A stretch of 64,000 nucleotides of DNA, taken from assembly GCA_905178155.1 (NCBI GenBank), contig CAJINV010000003.1:1825348-1889347 (forward strand), read 5' to 3'. Numbering within the stretch: position 1 is the stretch's first letter; each line of letters begins with the position of its first letter. The position numbers and the translations under genes were made by a program. A model generated the notes under the pieces. It was given only the letters and a program-made list of their open reading frames with translations, did no database searches and was not told the origin of the DNA. The DNA comes from Amoebophrya sp. A120. Taxonomy: Eukaryota; Protista; Dinoflagellata. This document shows, piece by piece, positions 48,874 through 60,148 of this stretch.

Positions 48874-50268
48874 GCACAGGCCAACCAGGTGGATGTAAAA
48901 TCACGGCTCACATATTTGCTATATATGCTTCACTTACTGGTGTGGCTCTCGATAAGGAAGCAGAGGAGAAAGAGAACGACGATCAAGAGGTAGAGCTGCA
49001 GGAGAACTTTTATATGATTTTTCGCCATGCGCATGTGGCTCCAACAGTAACAGCTCTCTCGTCGCGCCGGTAAGTGACCCCCTCACTCGGTCTTTTGTTT
49101 CCTGGGTGTTTTATTTTTTATAGCAATCAGCAAAAAAATGAAACTATAAATAATGCTGTCCTAAACAAGAACGGCTACGGCACGGATGAAGAATCTGAAT
49201 CACTCAAGATGAAGATAAAACTAGACATTGACTAGAACATTTTTAAAGAAGAGGCTGCTGGTCGCGGTGGAGCTGCAGAGAAATACTAATACCCTCTCTT
49301 CTCATTATCAACGCTCAATGGAAATTCGCATTGCCGTTGGCCTTGGCAAACAGAAACACAAAGAAGAACCGAGCCATGCGCCGTCGTCGATCTATTCGTA
49401 TTCTTTTTTTGAAGCGCTTACGTAAAAAGTTGAAAACTTTATTCACTGGCGCCGATGATACACATCTGCTAATGTTGTCGTCTGTGTAAGATAGTTACTA
49501 GTGCAGGGGAGTCTAAGGAGCTACACCAAAGCCTTGGTGCTCACATCTACATCATGCCCCCGACTCGGGATTATTTTCTTTTCCTCTCATTTATTGTCTT
49601 TCCTTGAAATTAGTCTTTTCGATTCACGTAGCCAAAAAGGCAACATCTGCGCCTGCGGTACTCTCAAGGGCTGAATCATTGCAATTGCTAGCAGTCGAGA
49701 TAGCCTGGTGCCCACGGATCTATGTTTTTTCTGTCTTCCTGAACAGCACGACAGTCCGTTTATTTCGTCTCCTCCGTAGAGCTGCTGAACCGTGTACAAC
49801 CGCAGCAGCTGGCTCACATTCGCATTCCGTTGGTACATTTGAATGTGCAGTCCGAGTCGACAGCTTCAAGGTGCCTGAAGGTCTTCCTTCATTTTCAATT
49901 CTGTTGTCGACCCCCGAGCCTCACACCAGAACGACGGGAAGGCGAGCTGCGAGTTTTCTCCGCTCGGTCGCTGCTACTACGTATGTTCTTGTTACCTCCC
50001 GGGGAAATTGCTGACGATGTTATCTGCCCGAGGAGGAAGGGTCGAATCTTTCCTCACAGTTTCCACCTGGTGTCGTCGAGCTCGAAATCACATCAAAGTG
50101 ACTAGATTCACCGAGTAGCAGTAGCAATACTAGTCTTCTTGTCTTCAAGCTCGCGGACACGGTCTCCCCGATCAAGAACTCGGCCGACCGCCCGTTTTCC
50201 AAGCGACCAGCCTTTTCACACTCGCACCTCCACCACCACCGCGGGACATGCGGAGGGTCAGCTCGTCA

Positions 50269-50625
50269 TCAAAAGAACTCGTTGTTCTTTACTGGATCCA
50301 TGACCACGCAGCTCATCATCGAAGGAAAGGGTAAGCCGCTGGGGTCGACCTCAATCTTCTTGACCTGCAGCTCCGTGCTCACGTCGGGGCTAGAAAGAAC
50401 TTTTTGAAGAGCTTGCTTGGACTGCGCATCGGTACTGATGGCGGCTTCAAGCTTGCCACGGACCTCAGCGACGACTCTGTCTCGCAGTGCTTGGCTGGCT
50501 GGGTTTGCGTTCATCTTCTCCGCGTCTGCCATTATGCGCTCGTCCTTGATGTTGGGGTAGCGAATGAAACGCGGAAAACACATCATAACCTGGTCGGCCC
50601 ATTTCGCGTTGAATTGCTTCGCCAT
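50269..50625 (-). CDS. Small hypothetical protein (118 aa), single exon
   Basis: It has an AAAAATGG start context, C/G-ending codon bias like the EHD gene, a globular-looking sequence and the same strand as its neighbours. Confidence 0.65.
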   Translation of the reverse strand: MAKQFNAKWADQVMMCFPRFIRYPNIKDERIMADAEKMNANPASQALRDRVVAEVRGKLEAAISTDAQSKQALQKVLSSPDVSTELQVKKIEVDPSGLPFPSMMSCVVMDPVKNNEFF

Positions 50626-52344
50626 TTTTCGAATAACTCGATGCTACGTAGTTGCTGAGCAGCGAAGTTAGAAGTAAGTACTCAGATGTGAGGACAACTA
50701 CACATCACCCAATTACTCTCGAGCACCAGATGGTCGCAATGATAATGTATAGCGCAATTAGCTGAAATTGTACTGGCGCCTCTTTTCATCTAGAAATCGG
50801 CAATACAGAAGGACAACGGAGCCCAGAAATCAACGATACTTGGATCTCCAATCAAGCACAACCAAATCGGAAAGCGATAATTGTCGCCGACGATATGGAT
50901 TTGCACACCACGAAGACACGACCACGACTCATACTCAATCAATATCAGAATACAACTCATTCATACTCCTCTTGAAACGTTCAACCGATTCACACCAAGC
51001 CTAGACATACACTCGCCTTCATCAGGCACACCACCGTACTACGTAGGCCAACATTACGAATTATGCAAGCTAAACTATATATGTTCCCGCCTGCGAGAAA
51101 AACATCAAAATCAAATACGAATACGATCACAACGCGGAGGACAAACTGTTTCGAAGAATAAACGAGGTATATTGAATACGTGAAGACTCACTTGTACTTT
51201 AATCATGTCCGTCGAAAAGACCGAGCGTGATGGCGCTCGCCACCTTACCAGTTACTGTAATGGAAACAAGCGAAGGGCACGTGTGCAGGTCCGTCGATGA
51301 ACCCAATTATATCCAAGTCGGTTGATAACAACTTGCCGATGTTGGTCTAAGACAAACTTACGCGAAGCAACTTCAATGGAGTTTCTTTTTCGAGGAAAAT
51401 GAAAATGATGGTTTTGCTGTTCTCTTCTTCAACTCTTACTTGATCAGGTTTAGACGCGGAAACAAGATGGCCTCAATTTTCTTTGCTACGTTTTAATTTC
51501 GATTTAATTTTCATTGAATACGATAAAAGGCACGGTTGATTGAATGGTCCTCGTCCCAAATACAAAAATGCAATGAGGATCCGAGATCATGATTTTGCGT
51601 TTGCGATAGCGATTCTACGAGAAATTAAACAAAACTTACGTTATATTTTTCAAGCTTTTTTCCATCTTGTTCAATAAACTCTTTTACAAATTGTAATTGA
51701 TGATCGTGAAACTCTGATTGCTACGTTTTTAATTTGGTGGTTGATTGTGTTGCGAAACTAGAAGTTGCTCTGACCGTCAGGACGGTAGTGCTAGTGACGA
51801 ATCGCTCATGGGCGGCAGCTTCCTTTTTTGGACTAGTGCTAGTCCGTATTAAATAAGCTGTTCTCGAAGCTTCCGATACCGGGCCTTTTTATTTTTGATG
51901 AAAAGTGGTGCAAACAAAACTGGTCCTCCAGAAGTAAACGCGAGCGTAACCGTAACCTAAGTAACGAAACTCGGAGCAATAGATTACAAGTAGCCAATAA
52001 TATGAAAGCGCCAGATTTCGATTGGCAAGTCCAAAAAAATGCCGAGCTTATTGGAAAACTTAGTATTTTTAGCCCAGACATACATTGTTCCCGTTTTGGG
52101 CACGCCGGGTAAAGTGTCGCAGATCTTGCCGCTGCTCACCAGCTTCTTGCAGCAGGTCGTATACTTCTTGCGGGAAGCTGAAGTGGCGTCCTGTGTTTTT
52201 CGTCATGTAAACTTTGTTTTCAAAGACACAACTAATAATGTTGGTATACTACCATTTTGATTTTCCATTTGTCATGATCACCAGCATTAGTAAAGAGGAC
52301 GACGACTGGGGGTCACAACTACTCACATTTTGAAAAATGCTTTG

Positions 52345-53395
52345 TCATACCGTGACTTCCTTGATGCGCCGCGTTCGCTCGGCATTGCGATCCGACAAGG
52401 CGATCAAAGGGAACTTGCGCCCCCGATGCCACGGATTGGTTTGCAGAAAAGCATCTTCGTAGTGAATGAAGAGACCTTTGAACGCCGACCTAAGATTCAA
52501 GTCGGCGTCGAGGAAGGGAGTCCGAATCGCAATCCAGGCACTGACGCTATTGTACGACCACTCGGGGATTACGATGTTGTTCGTATCACAAGTCAACGCA
52601 AATTCCAGGTACTTCAGAAATGCAGCCGGAAGCTCCGTCGCAAACTGATGGGTGTGTTTCATGTCCGTATATTTTTCCACACAACATATGTTTAGGCAAT
52701 GCACGTGGACGTGGTACAACCGAACAGCAACATCATAATAATCAGACCCATCTCGTCATACTCTTATCGATAAAGAAGAAGTACACACATGGCAGTAAGT
52801 ACCAGTTCGCAGGCGTTCGTGTGCTGGTCCTTGTAACGCTCGGTGGCCTCGATGAAGTCCCAGAGCAATCTCCGGAGGGAGATGCGATTCCTCGGATGCA
52901 TCAGCGACATCAAGTACGGGTTGGTCCACGTTTCTCGGAATGTCATGACTTTGTTCGTATCCTGTGCAAAACTATCACACTTGTGTTGTATATCTTTCGC
53001 GAAAAGAAAGAGATCCAACGGATCTGTCTCGTGTGACAATATTTTTTTCTCTGTCTCCGGAAACATACGCTTCCGTAATCGAGACTTCAAATTCCTCTGC
53101 AAATATTCCTCACGCGATTCTTCTTTGTGTGATTCTTTTGGTGCAAGGCATACTTCTGCTCGTTTTTCTCCGCCAGCGTGCCTTTCCGCAAATACTTGAT
53201 GTGTTCGCAGAGCAGTCCAGCCGCGATCCCCATGTCCTTGCCGAAAATACTCACAAGCCGCATCTTGCGGTCCATCGTGTTAAACCACGCGGATAATCCA
53301 TGGTTGGCCGGCTGGCGATGGATCTGCCAACGGCGATAAGCTTGGCGTCGCTCCCGGTTGTACACGTCCATCTTCGCACGAAGACTGGTTTTCAA
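52345..53395 (-). CDS. Probable multi-exon hypothetical gene (three consecutive ORFs)
   Basis: Three adjacent complex-sequence minus-strand ORFs are separated by short gaps. Splice sites were only partly resolved and no family was recognised. Confidence 0.35.
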
Positions 53396-55900
53396 TGCTA
53401 CTTTCCTAGTTATATGCGAAACACAATGTACGTATTCGAATCGCGATGTTTTGCAAAAAAATCGTTTTTCTGTATATCCACTTCCGTGTAAAAGACTATC
53501 AAATCAGAACTTGACATACACATATCTATATCATGCCGAGGTGTTGTTATTCTCTCGAATTGAGCAATCGACAATCGACACCTCGTGAGCCCGGAGAAAA
53601 TTATTAAGCACGCATTTTTCAGAAAACTGGAGACCTTTGAAACGCGAAAAAGTCAGAAGTAACCAGCAACAAGAACGAGAACGACATGCGAAACGAGACT
53701 TAGGTCCGAGATCCCGCACGACCAAGTCGAAGAACGAATCTAGGTGTCGAAATCGATACAAATTGCTTCGCCATTTTGAAGGCTTTCCTGGGGTTTTCGT
53801 TTTCGTGGTCGTCGCTAACCCTTTCTAGTTTAGCTCGCACTACAGAAGGCACAGAAAACGAGGCAATGAAATGAATAGAATACTAAAATTTCGTCAAAGC
53901 AAGCACGAAGCAACCCAAGCCCAAGGCCCTAGCCAGATCAGAGGACGAGAGCGACTGTTCTCGTTGGTTCGAGTTCGACAAGCCATACCGTATGTATCTC
54001 TATCTCTCAAGCTGGTATACCAAGAATCCACCTGAGACAGCGTCGGCCAGCACGGTTGTAGGGCAGCGATAAATCAAAATCTAAAAATGCGTCGAGCTGC
54101 ATACTCTTCACGAAGACGACCTTCACGATGCAAACGAAGACTTTCACGATCTTCTCCGGGTCGATACACTATCGATGAACAATCGGCAACGACGACCCCA
54201 GAAGAAGCAAGATCGCTCCACCATGGTCCTGCTCATGGTCACGCCAACGCTACCCACACGATACGATAGTCAATCCCATACAGCTGAGTGCCCTCTCGCA
54301 ACCCCACCTCAACCAGAGCACTACAACTTCTTACCTAAATGTCTTATCGAAGTTGCGATCGGAACTATCAACATAAAAAAGGGAAGAGGATGGGATGGGC
54401 ACGGAAAATAGGCAACTACACCACACATAAAGTCAAGAACTTTATATGCTACATGTACAGACTCACCTTCTTCAGATGATCGCCACAAACACTTTCATTG
54501 CAGATGCAATCGGATCCGATCGAATTGGCAATAAGAAAAGATAAAGATAATCTGGATCCCGCACAATCAAACGAACAAAAGAACGCAAATTTTCGTGATC
54601 ATTGTCTTGTCTCTGAACGCTGATCCCGATCCAAAAAACCCGAACACATAAAAGAGGCCGCTGAAGCTATCCAGCACGGCTTTTTCTGCTACCTCCACCC
54701 TTCAGTTCAAATTGTATTGCTCCTCTTCGGTCCTCAAATTAATAAAGATGTCGTTGCCGGTTTCTTTTATTTGTTCACGGAGGGCCTTCGAGTTCCATAG
54801 TGCCTTCTTTCGTCTCCGCAGTGTGCCTCTTTGTCTTTATTTCAGATTTTCGCTTTGCTTTGGTTGCGCTTCGGACGAATGTACACTCATCTACTTGCGC
54901 GCTTCTGTCTGAAAAGATTTTGAGACGAACAACTGCCCTGAGAAGCTCTTGCACCTCTTCGTATCGAAACTAAAAGTAAAACAAAAACCAAACCAGAACT
55001 AGTTGCAGTTCATTGCTAAACGACGCGATGTACATCTACTGATTTTTAGCGCGGCAATCATCTTACGCGTTAACTTCTGCGCGACTCGGTCTTCAGCATT
55101 TTCATAGGTCGCCGTCGCGCATTTGGCATTACAGACAACGCTATGCGAACCCGCAGTCTATCGCTTCCTCCATAGCAGTCATTTCAAGGCTACAGAAACA
55201 GACGCTGCGACATACCTTTTGTGCTTGCTGTAACCGTAACGATCAGGCAACGTTCGAAGTACTTCAAATACTTGTTTAGGTAGATCATACATATTAGGGT
55301 CTGCATCTTGATACAACATTTTAAAAGAAATCGTACAGTTTTTATTAATTTTTACTTACCACGACACCTCCGTTTTTTCATCATTTGTCTTTTTTTCTGG
55401 CATGCAAAGTTTATTTAACATTGGATCGAGTTTGTAGCTGAAATCGTATCGAGAGCGGTTCTGTGCTCAACCTCACCGCTCCGGCACGGCGGGTGGGCAT
55501 AATTTATTAGCATTAGTTGAATAAGCATAGCTGCTAAAGGCATTTATCAAGAAAGAGATACTTGGTAAGCGTAGATGGCAGTACCTAAATTCCGATTATT
55601 AAGCACCGGGAAACTCTCTTGACTATGATTAGCGTGTGATGTAAAGTCGCTACTTTGCCGCTGGTGTTGCTGAGGTCACATCCGGCCGCCGCCTTGATAA
55701 CGCCTCAACTACGCCGCAGCACAGCAGCTTTATTATTATTCTGTTGCAGGCAGCCTGCTTCCTATTACTATTAAGTTGGAGTATCGCGCTTTAGTGAGTG
55801 ACTTCTAGCGACATTCGTGCCAATTCGAAGTGGTTTCTAAGAGTCATCATCTACATCAGGTCGTCGCCTGTGTTTCCTCTCGCAGTCGTGCTCACACGAC

Positions 55901-57295
55901 TCAGCAGCCCCTCAGTTTCAGGACCGCATGGACCGTGGACGCGCCCCCTTCGATGCCGTAGAACTTCAGCGTCTTGCTGTCCTCCAGCTGGCGGCCGGCG
56001 TAGATGACACGGACCATCTCCGGCGGATATCCCTCACTCTCCTGTAGGAAGTCCTTGACGGCCGCGATTGTAGCAGATGCGTTGGTGTGAAAGACGGGGC
56101 TCTTCCCTGTCATGCATTTGATGGTCAGCGTAACCCCGGCTGCGGTCGAAGTACCTAACGTTGTGAAGTTGCGTTTCGTAACCATTATTTCGCTGATGAT
56201 CTGTGCATTCATTTCATCTTCATCTTCAAGTTCAATTAGGTATCGTGCATAAAAACGCGTATGGTGGATGGATGGTCCTCTTTCTGTGCGTCGCCATCCG
56301 TTAAGTGGCTGGAAGCCAGTGCCAGTGCGTGTTGCTCGGGTTTATGTTTATCTTTAATATACTCGCCTGGCTGTACAAACGAAATTATTAAGCAGCATAT
56401 TCCTTGCTACCCGTTTTGTCGGCAGCAGAACGGCGCCGCGGAGATCTGCTTCTGCGCTGTTGAGCACCCGTGCCGCTGCTTGACCCAGCACTGGAGCTGA
56501 CGCCGGCAGTTTCGCCTTTCTTCAAGGCGTCGACGAGCTCCGCCATCAACTCGGACTGTTTTTTTCCATGACTGATCTGAAACTGCGCCAGCACCTTCAG
56601 CCGAGTCGACCGGATGGACTCCGGCAGCGCCTGCACCTTGTGGTGCACCAAACTGTCCTTCACCTCCTTTCCCTTGCCACCGCCGGCCTTGCCGTATTTC
56701 TGCAAGATGCAGCAGAACTCCCCGTACTCGCGCGTGCACAAAATATGAGCTATGAAATACAAAGCTGCCGGAATACGCCGACGCCAACACACATGTTACA
56801 GAAGAACCTGTGCACATTCTTTCATTGATCCCGGCCATTATTCATCGCATCATTTGCGGGCATTGATTGAATCAAATCCACCATGCAGCAAAAAAGCCTG
56901 GACCTGGTGATGTCACCATAACACAATTTTATCCCTATGTATTCTCACCTCCGCTGGTTTGCCTCGAGACTACACGACTACCGCTGAAAATGCTATCGCT
57001 TGGGATGATTCGAGCTTTTGCAGTTGGGGTGGCGCGTTCTGCAGAGTTGTAGTCTCGTATGGCTGTGCCAAAGTGCGTCGACCTCTGACGGCGGACTGAA
57101 TACCAGGTCGGTTGCGTTCACCTTCGCGACGAGAAATTCTACGTACGCGCGTTCGAGATGCTTGTAGTCACTGGCTTGGTCGATGCTAGTCGCGATCGCA
57201 TGGGCGTCCCGAAGGGCGCCACGACTTCCTTCGCCCCACTGTGCCAAGACGTTGTCCACGCGCGTCGGATACAACTTGGGTGATGACCCCGGCAT
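55901..57295 (-). CDS. GRDP/DUF1399-like domain fused to a C-terminal ubiquitin/NEDD8-like domain ending LRGC, 3 exons
   Basis: Exon 1 SPPSEVDALWH joins exon 2 HILCTREYGEFC across a 314-nt intron at 56750-57063 (GC-AG reading). A phase-1 GT-AG intron at 56155-56410 leads to TIKCMTGK..VKDFLQESEGYPP..IYAGRQLED..TVHAVLKLRGC. Confidence 0.75.
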
Positions 57296-60148
57296 CGAAT
57301 CAAGGTGAAGGAGAAGGTTGCTGATATTTATGTGCTGGTACTTCGGATTTATTACGGCAAAATTCTACGATATGACATCGACGAAGAATAAACCGAATGC
57401 AAAGGTACAGTGTTGCACTACAACTAGCAACCAACACCACAGCAACCAATTCACTTTCATTCACGCGGAAGGATAAATATCGCAAGGAAGGGAATACCTG
57501 TGTCTCTGTTCCTACTAAGCTGCGGTCCGCAAATCGTGGTACTGGTAGACTTGGTGTGGAGCTTTTTTTACCTGCGGAGCGGGAGATCGTGACCCGAAAT
57601 AATTTCGATGACGTACGCGTGCTAATGGGTTTCTTCGAATCCTTCCAGGAACAAGAAATATTTTTGAACTTCTTCTAGGACCAAAACTCATTTCGGACGA
57701 ACACGAAAGCATAGTTTTCCTTGCTTCTAGTCATGGGGGTTGTAGGACGTACCTCGTCGTGAGTGTCCGTGTCGCAATTACGGCAGAGGTCGTTGAGGCA
57801 GTTCGTGCGCGCCGGTACACCGAAGCCGGAATCAAGAGCTGCTGTTGCACGATGTCGCTGAGCTTGAAGAAGAAGACCTTCGGATTTGGATTATATATTG
57901 CGATAACTGAACTAAATGAGCAGATTTGCATTTGAGTAGATGAAAGCAACAGCAACACAAAATCTAAATAAGGGTTTGTCGCTCTCTGCGGATCTAAAAA
58001 GCTCCAACTCACATCAGCATTACGATAACACCGCAGGAGCTGACTTCCCGAGTCGCCTTGTGGTCTGATCAGCAAATCGAAATCGTGTTCGTGGTCCGGC
58101 CAAATGTATATTGGAGACTAAAATCCGAAAGGGAAGTGTGAAAAGTAGCACCGTAGCATAGAGAGTTGAACTTATTTGATTATGCAAGCACGTCCTATGA
58201 TTGTGGGATGTGGATTGTTTGAAAATGAAGAAGAAGACGACTGCTAAACGTCCAGTTGTATATACTTAACGCCCAATCTTCGTTGCCATACAAGCTGCTT
58301 GGATGAAAATCATGGACGAGTAGGTCACACAGAGGATCGGGAATATGATGCCTCTCCAAATGACACAGCGTTGAAGAGTCGAAAACTACACTTACGAGAA
58401 ATCGGAATGCACCTATCTGCAGGAAACAATCCCGAGCTGCTGCTTCTCTTTCCAATGCTCAAGTCAAGATGGCAACGTGCAAAATTTATTCTATTTCAGA
58501 CTCAGACCTCTTCACTTTGTCACACTCATACTCGAAGCATTAGAAAACATAGTCGATAGCCATCCGAAAAAGGCGACGTTCGTCGAGTCTCTTCACTCAC
58601 GATGCGGGGGATGAGCATGTGTGCATGGCAGATGAGGAAAGAGCGAATCATACTGCGAGATCATCTGCCGATACACTTGCGACGTTGGTTCGAAACGAAC
58701 TAGAACAAGCACAAAAGGGATGAACCACATCGAAACACAAGCAGCTTCTGTTCGGCGCCGACTTTGACAGAAATTGAAACAACATAAAAACTATGACAAA
58801 GGTGTGGCTCATGATTTCTATCATCTCCGTGTAGTTAGTGTCACCAGTTGTCAAGATTTTGTTCTTCGTTTTCATATAGATAGTACAATTACTATGCCTT
58901 TTGTCACATGACGTGACAACACAACGCCTTCCTCGTCAAAATTAATTAGTTGCTTTCAACATCTTACTCTGGTGCATACCGCTCGTGCAGAGCAAGGTCT
59001 GTCTGAAGGTGCACTGATGCGATGCGATCTGAGCTACCAACCGATATTGTGCGAAATTTTTGTGAGTCCTCTGTGTGTCAGGCTCAGGCGATATTCTATA
59101 TTCATTCGAATTCGTTTGCGTTATGTATATATTTGTGCTTTTCATTGCGCGTGGTCATATCAGTGTGCTGTTCTCATGGCTTATATTTCATTTCCTGTAT
59201 GAATATGTATATTTACAACTGAAACGTTCCTGCTTTTACTGCTCCTCGTATGAAGAAGTTTTGCTCCGATCTGATGTCACGAGGCTGGTTACCTTAACCT
59301 TTCGTAACGAAAACGAACGATCAGAGTCAACTTGTGTGCTGAAAAACAGAGCAGCTTCGCGCCGTGCTAATTTGTATATTCTTTATTCTCTGTGTTTGTT
59401 TACTGAGTTAGAGTTTCTCATGGATCATACATGATGCAGTATAATTTTCGAATTCATCAGTCTGTGCTTGTCATCAAACAAAACATGTTCCGTTTTATAA
59501 ATAAATTCGACTAGTGTGCATAGGCGTATCGATCGGCTTGTGTGCCTGTTGTACCTAACCGATGCTTTCCCGATGACCTGGAAAATGCTTTTCTGTGTCT
59601 CAGTACCAGCAAACTAGTGCTGTTGTATCAACTACTGTTGCGCTTTTCGTTTTCATTCTCATCTCATTTGCACGAAGTATAGCGTTTGCTTGCCCGCACT
59701 ACAGATAGAAGCGTCTTTCCATCATGCGTCCTAAAATCCTCGAAGTGGAGCGTTTTTTCTTGAATCTCCGAAAACGTTGTGACTTTGCCTTGCTGTCGCA
59801 CAAAAGGTAAAGGAACGAAGGCCAGGGAGGTTGTTCTCATTGATTCTACTACATCTACCTCACGGTGAGGTCCTCACCAATCAATCCCGATTGTATAGCA
59901 TTGCATGGAATGCTCGGAAACTACTCAGTGTGCGTGTCGGCGCCAAACGAAGACTCTCCTTGCCTCTAGCTGGCAACCGGAGCCCGACCACGCAAAGCGC
60001 AGCTCACAAGTAGACTGATATGCCTACGACTGAAGATCGCTACAGAAACATCGTCGAGTTCGAGTATGTCTATGTCGTGTATAAAAAAAAACTATAGAAG
60101 AAAAAGAAAAAACTAAAACATCAAAGATATGCAGCACAAAAGTATCAA

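Noticed and set aside
57500-59900. Exon-like minus-strand patches
   Set aside because: No coherent gene model could be supported.
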